From Lama glama (taxonomy: Eukaryota), in contig CM052816.1 of assembly GCA_028534125.1 (NCBI GenBank), positions 42,162,001 through 42,226,000 of the forward strand: a DNA stretch of 64,000 nt. The letters run 5' to 3'. How positions within the stretch are numbered: position 1 is the stretch's first letter; each line of letters opens with the position of its first letter. This document shows, piece by piece, positions 48,221-62,020 of this stretch. The notes beneath the pieces were generated by a model. It did not search any database, had not been told where the DNA came from, and saw nothing but the letters and a program-made list of their open reading frames with translations. A program made the translations under genes and the position numbers.

Positions 48221-49602
48221 TACTTTGTAAATTGTTTAGTGCTGTACAAACTACTAAAAGACAAAACTCTCCCAGTGAATAATCGTCATTTTCTCCTGCT
48301 TTTATTATTAAGCCTAAATTCAATATGATCATCTTATGAGAACATTAACCTATTAGTCAATGGGTGAATAACTACATTGAGGAATAAAAATGCCCACACC
48401 CTTAAGCGAAATGGAGGCAATTCGGTCTGAATCAGAACCATTGGGGTGGAACTTAAGCATTTTTAGCAGCTGTCTAGATGATACTTATGAGTAAGATCAC
48501 TAGCCTGCATATTCAACAAACGGCACTGAGAACTAGCTTGCCTAAATTTGTGGAATTTTTAAAGGAGTTCAACAGTTACTGTGATATTAACATGTGTCTA
48601 AATTATACTATTGTAAAACTTTATTTGGGGAGGGGTGCTCCTAAGAATGGATGTTTCAAGTTTTCCAAAATACCTGGGACCCATAGAAGTTTCTAAGCTT
48701 TCCTTAAATTTCATTCTCAATGTCTATTCCCACCTTCAGATAACTTTTATTCACATAATAATCATAGAGTAATATCCAGATGAAACTTGAAATTTCTGTT
48801 TTAACTATCATAAATGTGTTGGGGTATTTTTGAAATATTAATATATGTTCCCATCTTTTCTCCCAGTGTTTCCTTCTTCCCTTCACTTCATTTGAACAGA
48901 GAGGATGCCTAAGAGGAGGGGTGAAACAAGGTAAAAGGCAGAAAAGTCTAAGAGTCTTCCTGGCTTTGGATTTCCAACGCTCAAAAATTTAAAAAGAAAA
49001 TATCTGGGTTAGAGACAAAATATTTGGAAGAAACAAGACGACGCCACATCTATCATTTCCTTTCATCACCACCTCTTGCCCCACCCCTCAACATAAATAC
49101 TAGAAACAAGTCCCCTAGTTGATGAAAATAGTAAAGGATTTGGAAGGTTCTATAAGGAAGACCCCATAGCATGACTCCTAGAAAGAAAGCACAACTGTCG
49201 TGGACCTAAGTCAATGATAATATAGAAACTTCAGAATCTCCCATACTTACTTCCACCCCAAAACTGGCACAGAAAAAACAAAAAATTTCCTGAGCCCCAC
49301 CTACCCACTTCTACCAAGAGTGGTACTTGAAGGAACTGAGATAGCCGTATGGACATAAACAGGATAATTCTGGACTGTCTCACTTCAGCTGACTAAAACT
49401 CTAAGTCATTTGACATATGCTTTCTTTTAGGGGAAAAAAATAGATTTGACAAAGATGGACTATCATTTGGAGAGTACAGGACCACAAAACTTGAGCCATT
49501 CCATTCACAAAAGATAGCATATATATTTTACAAAGGGAGGGAAAAAGCAAAGGATTATCAACAAAGTCTTTGTATCTATTCATAAGAATTTTTATTTATT
49601 TG

Positions 49603-50120
49603 TGTATTAGTTATCTATTGCTGCATAACAAATTATCCCCAAACTTAAAAGCTTAAACTATGACAATTTATTATTTCAGTTTCTGTGGGTCAAGAATTTG
49701 GGAATGACTCACCTATGTCATTTTGGCTCAAGTTCTCTCATGAGTCAAATGCCAGCTGAGACTACACTCATCTGACAGCTTGTCTGAGTTTGGAAGATCT
49801 ACTTCCAAGATGGCTCACTCATGTGAATAACAAGTTCACCTTGGCTCTTGGCAGGAGGGCTCAATTACTCTCCTGCATAGAGCTGCTTGAGGATTTTCTC
49901 AATATGGTGACTGGCTTCCCCCAGAAGAGAGATTCAAGAGAAAGCAAGGCAGAAGCTCCAATGTGGCTTTTACAATCAAGTGTCAGAAGCTGTACACTGT
50001 CATTTACTCTGTGATTGGTTACACAGGTCAAGCCTCCTGACTGTGCGATGGGATTATCCAAGATCAAGACTATTATGTGGTATGACTCATTAGGCACCAT
50101 CTTGGAGGCTGGATGCCACA
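49603..50120 (-). mobile_element. MaLR LTR, MLT1F-like, near full length
   Basis: tgtattagttatctattgctgcataacaaatta ... acttccaagatggctcactcatg ... ccatcttggaggctggatgccaca. Confidence 0.85.
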
Positions 50121-51014
50121 GCTTGCTACTTTGTAATATTGCCACTAGCGAATAAAGAATGCTTGCCCCAAATGAGAAAGGAAACATTCTAATTAAATGT
50201 CATCCCTGTCTATCATCTGAGATACAAAAAAAAAAAAAAAAAAGGAAGGCAGTTCACTTCACTTTCAAAAGAAAGAAGGGAGTAGGTTGTGCCCTTTGAA
50301 CTTGACTCTGAATAGGCTGCTTTTTGTCTGTTTCCCAAAGACAAAGTATCAGGTGGATATGGAAAGCTTCACCTTTGTTGCTTAGATCAAAGAAATAAAA
50401 AAATAAAACTTCATGAGAAAAGCCTGGAGAAACCAGCATGGATAATATCTGATTTTTATTTAATTTTATTTTGAATGGAAAATAAAAGGAGCATTGCTAT
50501 AAAAACTGTTCAAATTAATGTCCGTTTCTTAAAATCCTGAACCTTTCACTCATTGCTTTATGAAAATAGCCAACTAGGTTAGGACTTGGCAAGGAGCATG
50601 GAGCTTTTCCTGATCTTTGTCCAAGAATTCCCAGCAGTGACTGGTATGTACCAATGACTAAGGGAGAATTTGTCCACTCCCATCCCTGTGCCTTGGTATT
50701 GTATAAGCACCTCCTCAACCTGTATATAGCATTGGAAAGGTGGGGAAATGCCCAAACAGCACAATGAAGGCATGAGCTAAAGTTAAGATGCAGGTATGTT
50801 TCTTTCACACATGTCCAAAATACCTACTGCCCCAGTATTCTGATAAAAATGAAACCGATGCTTGAAGCAGAAGACAAAAATATCACTAATTCTATCTACA
50901 AAAAACAAAACAATTGGTAACTTAATTCAATTGGATCACTCCATTAAGCAATTCAATTTAAAAAAAAATCTTCAAAGGTTTTAGACAAAAATATTGAGTC
51001 TTGCCTCTATTAAG

Positions 51015-51240
51015 AATAGTAATAATAAAATAAATCATTTGTACGCCAAGCAACACACTAGCCATGTTTATTTATCTCATTTGTCTCTCAACAAAACTGA
51101 GAATTGTGCATTATTATTCCTAATTTTCAGATGAGAAATCTGAGATTCAGAAAGTTTAAATAACTTATCCAATGATATTAAGTAAAGCCAGGCTGGAATT
51201 CCTGACTCCAAAACCTGTTTTCACCTACTAAGCACACTGT
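51015..51240 (-). mobile_element. MIR
   Basis: ttattattcctaattttcagatgagaaatctgagattcagaaagtttaaataacttatcc, cctgactccaaa. Confidence 0.75.
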
Positions 51241-51412
51241 CTCCAGTACAGTGGTCTCCTTTTTTTTTTTTTTGACCACAAAGCAAAATTTGAATACACT
51301 GAGGAAAATTTACAATAGATATATCATAAAAATATCATACATACAACAGAAAAGGGAAAAAATCATTATCAGTCCTAACAAGTATCCACTATGCCCGATG
51401 TACTCTAAGATT

Positions 51413-51443
51413 TAGACAGATAGATAGACAGATAGACAGATGA
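51413..51443. repeat. (GATA/GACA)n microsatellite
   Basis: agacagatagatagacagatagacagatgat. Confidence 0.8.
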
Positions 51444-54400
51444 TCGATCTCCTAGATTAAGCAATGTGGCATGGCAGCACAGCAAGATGGAACATCACAC
51501 CTGAAATGAAAAATTCCTAACTATATACGCGCTTTGTAGTCCCAGGTACTGACTGTAAAATTGCAGAGGTAATGGCAAAGATCTGTTCATTAACCAGTTC
51601 ACCTAAGAGAAAACCTCACAGGCCTTCATTTTATAATGTATCCCTTATCTCTCATATTCCTTCATTCTCATCTAATTATAGCTTCAGAAGGAAAAGAGAC
51701 CTTTGAACATTCATGTCTGCTAGCCAATGGTCTCTTTATCCATGTTTTAATAGAGAAACTGAGGCACAGGAATTCAACTCTTTCCAAGCCATTCAAATGG
51801 AATCAGCCAAAGAATTCTGCCTCAAGACTCCTAGTACAGTACTTCACTTGTCCTTGGAACATAGCCATATGCCCAAAGTTTCCCACTCTTACAGAAAATG
51901 GGAGTTAACACATGCAAAAATAATTTAAGATTATAAAACAATGCAGAAGTTTATTATTTTATTATATGGACTTTGGAGTTAATATTAATCTAGTTATGAT
52001 TATTATATAATAACTATTTTATCCATTCATTCTGTGCAGCTGTGTCACTGCTCAGAAATTTTTGAAGTAGCTTTTTGCAAAGCAGAGAGAAGGGAGGCTG
52101 CAGTAAATATTTTCTGAGTGGTTAGAATTCAGTTCTCTGATGATTTCTTTTCAGTACTGTTGTACCCTACCCATAGCACACTGGCATTGGTGAGAAAACA
52201 AAAGTAATTATGCAATTATTATGAAACTCTGTTCAACAGTACTTTTTACTTCGCAAAAGGGGAAGAGGGAAAAAGAAAAGTCCCTTGTCTCTTGTAGATT
52301 TCTCCAAAGTATTTGAACACATATGAGAAAATTTACAGCGTAAGTTCAATGTGCATCCAAGATTTTCTTGCTCCTGACAGTCAGATTCACTATGCAGTTT
52401 GAAAGCCAAAATCATTCCCACAAAATAGGAAAAAGACTGAAATCCCATCTGAAACTCAAAACAGCTTGTTTAAAAGTGAAATTTTTTAAAGTTTAGCATA
52501 TTTGTGTTTCTTTTTACTATCTTCAGTGTTTTGAAAAATACCAAAAGTCAAATTACTCCTCAAAAATCCCACCACAAAAAAAAGAAAAAAATTTCTGTTT
52601 CAAGGGCTACAGAATATACTTAAATTCCTTTTGTAGGATGACCTTCATCAGTCTTCAAGAAGCAACAGATATGACTGTTTTTTAAATACTGCCTCTAGCA
52701 AATTCCTCAGTTATTTGAATTTCTTTAGTCTTTTAGAAATGTGCCACCACCTATACAAATGTGTTTTTATTTTATTATGTGTGTCTGGGCCTTCAATGGA
52801 ATCTTGAATAGAAGCAGATAAAGTTTTAATTTCCTTATCTAAAGTGCTTTCTTTAATTCTTATATTTAACAGGGGACTAATGCAAATAGAGCTGAGGTTA
52901 CACGGAACCCCTTAACACCCCAGGAAAGAATCCCAGGGCATGCTTATTGGTTTTTCCCAACCACTTTCTTTATGGGTTCATTTCACATCGATTTCATACC
53001 TTGAAAAAACACAGGTCTGAAGGGTCACTTGAATGAGAGATTTTTCTCTTTATAACATGGAATAGAAATTGAGGGCTTTGATATTGTCATGGAAATGACT
53101 CTTTGTAAATACCGCTCAAAGGCCTATTTCAAGCCAGAATGAGCTAGAACAATGTTTTCTTTTTCTTTTCAAATTATGAGATTGGAGTATGGGTATAGAG
53201 AAGCTCTGGTCAAGATGGTGGGAGTCAAAAAAGAATGCCCGAGAGAATTCCTCCCACTTCTGCCAGCAAATTGTGTCGCACAGCTTTATTCAAAAAAAGA
53301 AGCCTGCCTTTTCCCTCAGGTGTCCTGATATACAGCCTGTTGAGAACTGGAGAGGAAAGGTAGAAAAAATAAGAGAGGAGAAACTGAATGGACCATCTGA
53401 CTATGATTCTTACTTTTAAAAAGTTGAGTCTCAGACTGGAAATTATGGCACACAAAAACATTTTAAAAATCTATTTTTCAAGGCAAGTAACTGGTTTTTA
53501 AAGGAAGACTTGAGAAAGACACAGACAATGTTTTAGCAAATATTTAAGTGCCTAATTAAGTCACTGTTTATTTTTGTGTTTGTATTATGTAAAACTTTAT
53601 TTTCTTCTAACAAACTGCAGAGATAAAACTTTTAGTTCCCTTTAGTAAATTAACAAAAAATAACTGAATCGATAGAAGACAGGGAACTGATAATGAACTG
53701 CTGTTTTAAAAAATATTCACTCTCATGCTGAGACTATTAAATTGGATTTCAGGTTTTATGATGTCAATGTTATCTTAATGTCTAGCTTCTAGGCAGTTTA
53801 TTGAAATAATAATGCAAGGGTCTTCTCCGCTTTAGACAAATCAAACATTTTCAGAGAGAAACTTAGAGGAAAAAAAATCCCTGGATTTAAGCTTTTAGGA
53901 CAATTTAAAACTAATGATATTGGTTATTAGTGCAAAGCATGGTATTTTCAGTCATAACACAGTCCATACCCTATGGTTAACTTTAGGGGCTCATTCTTTT
54001 ATAAATACTCTATTGATTCTTTTAATATTTGCTCTTTCATTCCAGAGAGAAGTGAAGGAAGATTTTTCTATGGGAGTTGTTCACAGCCCCCATCCATCCA
54101 CACTCTTTGACCTTCAGGAGAAAGGTAGTATCTTGCCATAAAAAGGCTTGGAAAGTATTTCTGTAGGTCAGTCTCCTGTGGCGACTAAAGACCATCTAAA
54201 GAGTCTAAATCATCTTAAAATGAGAGATAATAAACTGATACTACTAAATGTTAATATATGGAGTTCCATTTTAAAGCAGCCCAGCTTAATGGAATGAGTA
54301 TCTAAATTAATTTGAATTTCACTACCCAAGATTTTGCAAAACTACCATCTTAATGCCCAAGGGCAACTCATATTATATGCAAGCAATTCTCCCAGTTAAA

Positions 54401-54727
54401 GTTGGCAGTACTCAACCTGGTAGGTGAGAGTGCTCTGTTTATGTGTTAAAATCTGCAACTGGCTTCTCAGCCTCACTTTATAATTCAGTTGTGTCCACCC
54501 CAGTAGAAGAACAGAGCGATTTGCTATTCTCTGTATGCAAAGACATGTCTTTCATTTAGAGGTACATTCATAAATGTTTGAGAAGTGTGCTTTTAACATT
54601 AATCAAGAAATTACATAAAATGAGCTGAGTCTAACCACTATTGAAGATTAATATTTAACACATAACACCTATAAAGATAACATGATTCCATATTCATCAG
54701 CCTAAGAACAAAACAAAGCATTGAGCA

Positions 54728-54729
<2 letters not shown>

Positions 54730-54767
<38 letters not shown>

Positions 54768-54771
54768 ACAA
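54730..54771. repeat. (CA)n microsatellite
   Basis: Direct reading of the CA run with one interruption. Confidence 0.95.
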
Positions 54772-55199
54772 CACTTCTCTTATTTTCCAGAATAGGAATT
54801 AAGGAAAAAAAACAAAAAGAAAAAAAGAAAGAAAAACTTAAAAGAACTTTCCAAAGACAAAGGAAGAGGCAGAATGGAATTATGATTCAGGGAACACTCA
54901 AATCCTAGCTACTTCTGACACTGACTTAAATTCTCCTCTGTTTCAAAGTGGGTGAGTTCTTTCCCAGAAGCCTCACATCAATGTATGGACTTAGGAAAAG
55001 GTGGGGAAATAGGGCCTTTTTAAAAAGGCTGATCTTGTAATGAACAATAATGGAAACTGCCCTTGTTTGAAAGAATCAAATATACTCTTTAGTGCCAAAA
55101 GCCTTGAACTTAATCCTATTAATCAATCAAGCCTGAAATTAGAGCAAAATCTTAAATTTGCACAGTTCTTTACTTTATAAAGCTTTTCCAGTATTTCTA

Positions 55200-55415
55200 T
55201 CCCCCAGAGCTATCTATTTTCTTTCTAACACTTATCAATACCTGACATATTATACATTTATCTACTTATTTCTTTATTATCTTTCTCCTACTGCTAAAAT
55301 GTAAGGTCCATACAAGCAGGGACTTCAGTCTGCATTATTCACTCCTATATCCCCAGCATCCAGAACAGTGCTTGGTGCAGAGCAGACAACAGGTATTTGT
55401 TAAATGAGTAAGTGA
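55200..55415 (+). mobile_element. L2 3' end
   Basis: ctaaaatgtaaggtccatacaagcagggact, tatatccccagcatccagaacagtgcttgg, tatttgttaaatgagt. Confidence 0.85.
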
Positions 55416-55649
55416 GGTAAGTAAGTGGGTAGATACTATTTCATTTGAGTCCCCATTCCCCATCCCCAGCACAGGGATGTGCACATGACTTATGCTGATC
55501 AGGCATGCCACCAGGGAAAGATTGGCTGAACAACAGACACGTAACTCAAGGTGGGCCTCTCAGTTTCCAGGAGTTTTCCACCATACGTCCCTGAGAAGAT
55601 ATTCTCTTTTCGTGAAGGTTACAAAGCTAATATCATGCGTGCTGGGTTA

Positions 55650-55905
55650 TGTGGCAAAGATGTTACTTGTCCTCCAACATCTGTTTTCTCCTTTTTCCAC
55701 AATAGGGAAGTTTTAGCTAGGTAAATAGTCTTATAGTATAAAGCCTCCATTTTCTAGCTTCCCTTGCAACTACTTATAACCATGTCAACATGAGGTACCT
55801 AAGTGAAAATGTCACATGAGAGCTTTCAGGAATCTTCCTTAAGAGACAATTGCTTTGTATCTTTAATCATTATTTTCCCCTTTCTTGCATCCTGCTGCTT
55901 GGCTT
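55650..55905 (+). mobile_element. MaLR LTR fragment (MLT1I/J-like)
   Basis: tgtggcaaagatg, cattttctagcttcccttgcaac, ttcaggaatcttccttaag, tcctgctgcttgg. Confidence 0.6.
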
Positions 55906-56149
55906 GCAAGAGTTAAGACACTTCCCCCAGAAAACAGTAATTTAGGAAGATTTTATCTGGCTTCTAAGAACAGGAGGGACTGAAAAGATTTTGAGATATG
56001 GGAATGGAGGCAGGAGACCGGCAATGAGTAGAAATTGAGATGATGGGAGCCTGGTGGTGGTGTGAATAAATAGGAAGGGATGGAAGTTAAGAAAACAACC
56101 TGAACTCTCACTTTAACATACGTTCTGTTCTACTAGTGTTTTATTTTAG

Positions 56150-56355
56150 GGAAGTGTTTTGCAGTTTGTGATGTATTTTCACATGTTATCTCACTTGACA
56201 TGTAATAATAGCCCTTTGGAGTAGGCAAAGCAGGTAACTAGTTTCACCATTTTATGGAAGTGAAAACTGAGGCTTAGTGTGTTATGAGTCTTGCCCAAAG
56301 TCTCCTGGTGTCAGAGCAGGGGCCAGAATCTAGATTTTCTGACTAGCAGTCCAGT
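56150..56355 (-). mobile_element. MIR
   Basis: ccattttatggaagtgaaaactgaggctt, cttgcccaaagtc, ttctgact. Confidence 0.7.
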
Positions 56356-57949
56356 GTAGATGTACTGGGTCTCTCTGTCCAAAGAGAATCCACCCATAAA
56401 CCAAGTTTTCTTTTTGGCAACTTCATTTAGTTTTATGAACTCTACTTCATTGTTCATTTGTTGTGTGTGTCATATTTGTGACTTCTCCTGAGCAGTGATG
56501 TGGGCTAAAAGACAGAATTTCATCCGGGATGACCCATCTTTATAATGCAGTGTTGGAACCAAGGAGTGTGCGGATCAAGGGAGGAAAGAGGAACTACCAA
56601 TGACCAAAAACCCCAAGTCCCAGAGAATGGATTTATGTTACTTTTTACAACTTTTCCTATGCTCAGTGTTTCCTCCAAGGTGAGATCACCTCTCATTCAC
56701 TATCATACCAGTAGCCCTAATAATTTTAATAATTTACCATTTCAAGGAGCCATGGGAAGAGAAAGGAAACTGCTTTTAGACAGTGTCTTATTCAAGCAAA
56801 AGGAAATGGTTTCTGAACCACAGAAAACAAATAAACATGCCTCTACCTGGAACTTTACTAGTGTTTGCCTGTTGTCTGGCACTAAAAGACGTGCTTTAAA
56901 ATAATGGTGCAGTGTGTGGCTGAGATCCTGAATGCTAGTCGACTGTCTAAGCTTGAGAAGAAGAGGATGTTAACTGTCTAGGACCACTGAGCTTGGACGA
57001 ACTTCCAAATGCTGGGTGCGAAACTATGTGCTAAACATCTTTCCATACAGAAAAATGAAATGCCAAATCCTTAATGGTAGCTCAGCTGTCATAACTTCCA
57101 AAAGAGCATATTTTATTATTGCTCAAAATATAATGCTAGCATACTATGTATATAGCCATGGTGTATGACAACCTTCACCATATTGATGCCTGGCACTCTG
57201 CTGACATCGTGAAGCCTTCTAAAGAATTACACATTTTCTACTATCATGTCATTGAGGTATCTGTCATTCTTTGCTTGTGAATTAAAAAATGCATAGCTTG
57301 GAACTCTGTGGGATCCTGTCAAATTCCTCAGGACCCTGGTCAAATGGAGTTAAATGCTTATCCTTTTCCATAATGTTATTCTTGGGCATGGAAAGGAGTA
57401 TCTTTTTAATAAAGGAAAATGGGCAAGCAGAATTCTTGCAGTGCAGTCCTGGTTTGGCACAAAATGTGAGGCGCCAGGGATGCAAACATCTCATCTTCAG
57501 ATCCTTACCTGGCAAAGACACAAGGAGACACATTTCCTTGGCGATGCTCAGCAATCTGCAGCACCACAGTGGGTCTCAGGCCTTTGGACTGACCTTCGCT
57601 TAGATGGTAGAAATCCAAAGTAAAGCAATGTGACCTGGCAAACACAGGATCCTGGAGCAGAGCGTGTGATTTCTTCCATTCCTATGGAGATCCTCATTTG
57701 GCTAGAAGTCCACTCCTGGGACAAAATGTTTCCAGATCTTTGGCAGAAAAAGAAATGCCCTCTTTTCAACTTTCTCTATTTCAAAGAAGTAGAATTCTGA
57801 CAAGAAAATATGAGTGTAATCTATACTTTTGCTATAGTAATAATAGCCATATAGATTTTAGTGTTTATACAATAATGTTAACAGTGACTACTTATAAGAT
57901 CATTGAAAGAATATAACATTCTTTTTTTCTGAGCTATAAAATAGGAGAT

Positions 57950-58085
57950 AGTATATGAAAGATGTATATGTATGCATATGTGTGTATGTACATATGTGTA
58001 CCTACACGTATGTATGGTATGAAATGTAAAAGATGTAAACATATGCATATATGCCTGATATGAGTATGTACACACACACGTGATA
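57950..58085. repeat. TA/TG/CA alternating low-complexity tract
   Basis: atgtatatgtatgcatatgtgtgtatgtacatatgtgtac.... Confidence 0.75.
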
Positions 58086-58319
58086 TACTGAGCATGTAGG
58101 ACTCATGTGGTATAATCATAAAAAGCCATTTTGTGTCTGTTTTCTGTATTCTGCTGTTCTTTTTAGTCTAGGGACATCTTTCTTGGCCCTGGATAGAAAC
58201 ATGGGCAGTCTCGTGCCTTTTCTGAACAGTTAGGATACAGAAAATCCTATAATCACTTTGAGTTGTAAAATATGATCGTGATTCAGAAACCAGAATTTCC
58301 AGTTCAATCTATGAATCAG

Positions 58320-58770
58320 TGTGGTAGACACTAGGTGTTCCTCCCACCCTGCTCCATCGCACTTACTGGGCTTACACTCCTGCCCTTCAGCCACTGGGGA
58401 GGTTGTCTATGAATGACTCCCAGAGAATTCTCTCAGGAGAAATGCTCTCAGCTGACAGGTGCCATCCTGCCTGGAAGTCATAACTCCCCATTCACCCTGC
58501 CATCACCACATATTCATCAGTGACTGATTTCAAATGTACAAGAGGGCAGCCCCTGGCTCTGGAAAGAACAGTTCTTCTGTGCCAGGTTATGCTGCAAACC
58601 TCTCCATCACAGCTTAGACTGAGGCTAGACTTTACCTGAAATAATTTCTGTGCTCTGCTTTCCCATGTTACTTATTCTTGAACTTACGATTTTTTCCAAA
58701 GAGCACTCCTCAAAAAGTTATTTGCCCCTGAATTCTACACTTTGGCTCTGCTTCTAGAGAAAGAGGTCTA
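58320..58770 (+). mobile_element. ERVL solo LTR, LTR16-like
   Basis: tgtggtagacac, ctcagctgacag, gactgaggctagacttt, gagcactcctcaa, ggctctgcttctagaga. Confidence 0.75.
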
Positions 58771-60039
58771 TAGGAAGGTCACCAGCCTTCAGAGAAGGGG
58801 AACTGGGTACTTTCTTATTACATTTTCTGCTCACCCCCCCACTCACCACCACCTGGCTGCTATTCTCAAATAATCTTCATGTATCTCCTCAAGTAAATAT
58901 ATTATTTTTATTTTTAATACTACAAATAATCCACTGAAATTTTCTGATGATACCCTTATACTTCTGGAGGGGGGAAAAAAACACTTCACCTAATCATGGT
59001 GCTCTGAAGATTTTGAGGCTATCTTGTTAAGACACACTTACATCCCTTTAGTCTCTTCTTCTCTCTTCTCAATCGAATATCATTTAGAATTTTAGTTCTA
59101 GAATGTTAAGGTTTCTTGATTTGATTTTTGCAGTTTTTTTCCATTGGCCCTTGATAACTTCTTGGACAAATTAAACTTTAGTACAAATATTTAGTCATCC
59201 TTTGTTTGTTTTATTTTTTGGCTGCATCTCCTAGAATTATTTTCCTTCCTATTAGAGTACTTCCTCCAAGAGTGTTTACAAAGTGGTTCTTCTGGGTAAA
59301 CTTGGTGTGACTGAGAATATCTCCATTGGACCGTCTATGGTGCTGCTAAAATCTGGCTGGGGGTGTCCTCTGGGTGACAGGTGCTCAAAAGTAAATTTGA
59401 GAGACCTTTGAGAGGCAGCCACCTACCTTGGAGCCTCCGCACAGCAACAATGCACTTCCCAGGTGGTCTCTTAAGTACTTTCAGGTTATGACCCAAAAAG
59501 TACATCCACCCTCTATCACTGAGATCTCCTTGCCTAGGAGGGAGCTTCCAGGGAAGGTTCCTTGATGACAGAGCAAGCCTTGCTACCTTCACTTGGTTCA
59601 CAGGAAATTCCTGTATTCCTGGTCTTATGATTGTCAGCTCCTCCCACTTACTGACTTCTCCCCTCACTAGGGCCTTGTGAGTGTCTCCTGCCCACCTCTC
59701 CCAATCAGGAAGAAGACACCAAACACACATGAGGTTCCTCCAAATACTCTCTCACTGCTACTCTACTCTCTATAAATTAAAACAAACAAACAAAATACAC
59801 AACTTTTTTTTAATCTCTTAATAATATGCTTGGTATTATGGTAACATACCAGTTCTTAATTATTTTTTCTTTTGGGGCATTATTCTTTAACTTCAAACTT
59901 TGGAAAATGAGGGTTCTTTCTCATTTCCATTCTCCTAAAGTAGTATCATTGTAATTTTGGTTTAATAAATATTCCACACAAGAAAAAAATTTTTAACAAT
60001 CTGTGGCAATGAATAAAATGAATAAAATAAGACACTAAC

Positions 60040-61790
60040 TCTAAGAAAAACAAACCAAACATATGCAGGAAAGGAAAAGTAATTAAACTGTAATACATAG
60101 CTCATTTGTAAACAGAGTTTATATATTAGCATAATTTAAATCTGGAATATTAATTAAACCAAAATTATAATAATACTATTTTAGAAGAGTAGAAACAAGA
60201 AAGAACCTTTATCTTTGAAAGTATGAAGTTAAAGAATAATGCCCAAAATGAAAAATTAAGAACTGGTAACACAAGCATATTATTAAGAGATAAAAAAGGT
60301 TTTTTAAAAATTGATAAAGACTAAAAGTAAAATAATGTTTGTACCTGGGATGGGTGAAATGTTAAGAAGTATAATAGCAAGAACTTCCACTTTTCATTTT
60401 TTAAAAAGACTGTAGAATTCTTCAATATTTATATTTTGCATATAAAAATTTGACAAAATAAAAAGTAAAATTTTAAAACTCAAAAGTTTAAACATGGATT
60501 ATCTCGTAAATGGCATTGGGACAAGTGCTTATCCACAATGAAGAGATAAAAGTAGATCTCACTACCTCTTACCATCCACAAAAAATAAGTTCAAAATGAA
60601 TGTACGACCTGTGTGTGAAATGCAAAGCTTTAAGCCATTAGAAAAAAAAAAAAGGTGAGTATTTTTATGATATCAGTCTAAGGCAGATTTTGTAAAAGGC
60701 AGAACACCACAAAACATAAGGGGAAATATTGATCAATCATATTGTATATTGCAATAAAAATCTTCCATATCTCAAAAAAGTCATGATAAGCAAATCTGAG
60801 ACAAGTGACATATTGAGAGAAGATATTTGCAAAGTATATAACTGCTAAAGTATCCAGAATGTATATGAAATTCCTGTAAATAATAAGAAAAATGCATAAA
60901 GTTCAATAGAAAAAAACAAAACAAGCAAATAACATAATCAGTTAATTTCTGGAAGAAGAGAGCTCAGTGACCAATAAATATCAGGAAAGATAAGCAAACT
61001 CATTAGGATGAAGTTAAAACAAGGAGAAATCATTACACACAAATGGAATTTGGGAGAAGGAACAATATAAAAGCTGATAACATCAGTTGCTGGAAAGACT
61101 GCGGAAAAAAGAGAATTTATATATTTCTTGCAGGAGAAAATTAGTACAACAATATGGAGAGCAATATGATAATACCCAGGAAAGCTGAAAATGTACATTG
61201 CACATTAATTAAATGCCGAGTATATCCTTCAGGCTTAGAGGAATTATTGTACCTGTGGCCAACAGGAACTGCACAAAGATGTTCTTTCCTGCGCTGTTTG
61301 AAATAGGGGAAAATGGACAGTAATCTAAATTTCCCTAAAGGAGGAATGGACAAATAGACAGTGGTTTATTTATATAATGGAATACTATGCAGATGTTGAA
61401 ATGAATGAACTAGACTACATGGATCAATTTCAGAAATGTTACTGAAGAGGCAGGACCAACGTGAAGTTGCAAAATGGTACACATGATTCCACATATGTGA
61501 AATTTTAAAACACAACAATTATATGTTCATGGACATACACATACAGAGTAAAAGTCTGAAAGCTTCCATGGAAATACTTCCCAACAAATTCAGGATAGTG
61601 GTGATGCTTGAAAGAGAGCAAGAGGGATGAAAAAGAGATGGGAAAGGATAGGATTCGATGTGCTCAGAAAATGCCCAAACAAAATGATCTAAAGCAAATA
61701 AACACACAGCTAACATTTGTTAAATCTAGGGAGATGGACATATGGATATCTGAAATATCTCTTTTCTGGATGTTTAAAATTTTTAGCAAC
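60040..61790 (+). mobile_element. Ancient L1 (L1MC/ME-like) ORF2 end and 3' UTR fragments
   Basis: taaatggcattgggacaag, gagaagatatttgcaaag, ataatggaatactatgcag, aatgaatgaactagactaca, aaattcaggatagtggt. Confidence 0.7.
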
Positions 61791-61859
61791 AGTGACACAG
61801 AAGAATATGTGCTGGCTGACCATCAGAAGCCCAGGTTTGTTTCCGGTTCCCACTAAAGA

Positions 61860-62020
61860 CAGTTGTATGCTTTCAGCCAAATCCCTTAGCACCTTTTCAT
61901 CTCAAGTTCTTTATTTGTAAATGGAAGGTAAGAGAATTTTTTGCCCAGCGTGCTTCAGTGTTTGGAAGATGACTCAATGAAATCATATAGATATAAAGCC
62001 ACTTCGAAAACTATTAAGAC
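61860..62020 (+). mobile_element. MIR fragment
   Basis: ctcaagttctttatttgtaaatggaagg, gaagatgactcaatgaaat, taaagccactt. Confidence 0.5.

Larger units (their letters stand above)
8409..57634 (-). ncRNA. Putative long spliced minus-strand transcript (candidate exons 57509-57634, 30819-30851, 26768-26814, 15275-15326, 9587-9709, 8409-8522)
   Basis: Each candidate has an AG acceptor preceded by a pyrimidine-rich tract and a consensus-like donor: CAG|GTAAGG, AAG|GTGAGT, CAG|GTGAGT, GAG|GTAAGT, AAG|GTAAGG, CAG|GTAGGG. There is no transcript evidence and exon connectivity is inferred. Confidence 0.3.

Noticed and set aside
55014..55029. 16-bp perfect palindrome gcctttttaaaaaggc
   Set aside because: Low complexity and expected roughly once per window by chance.
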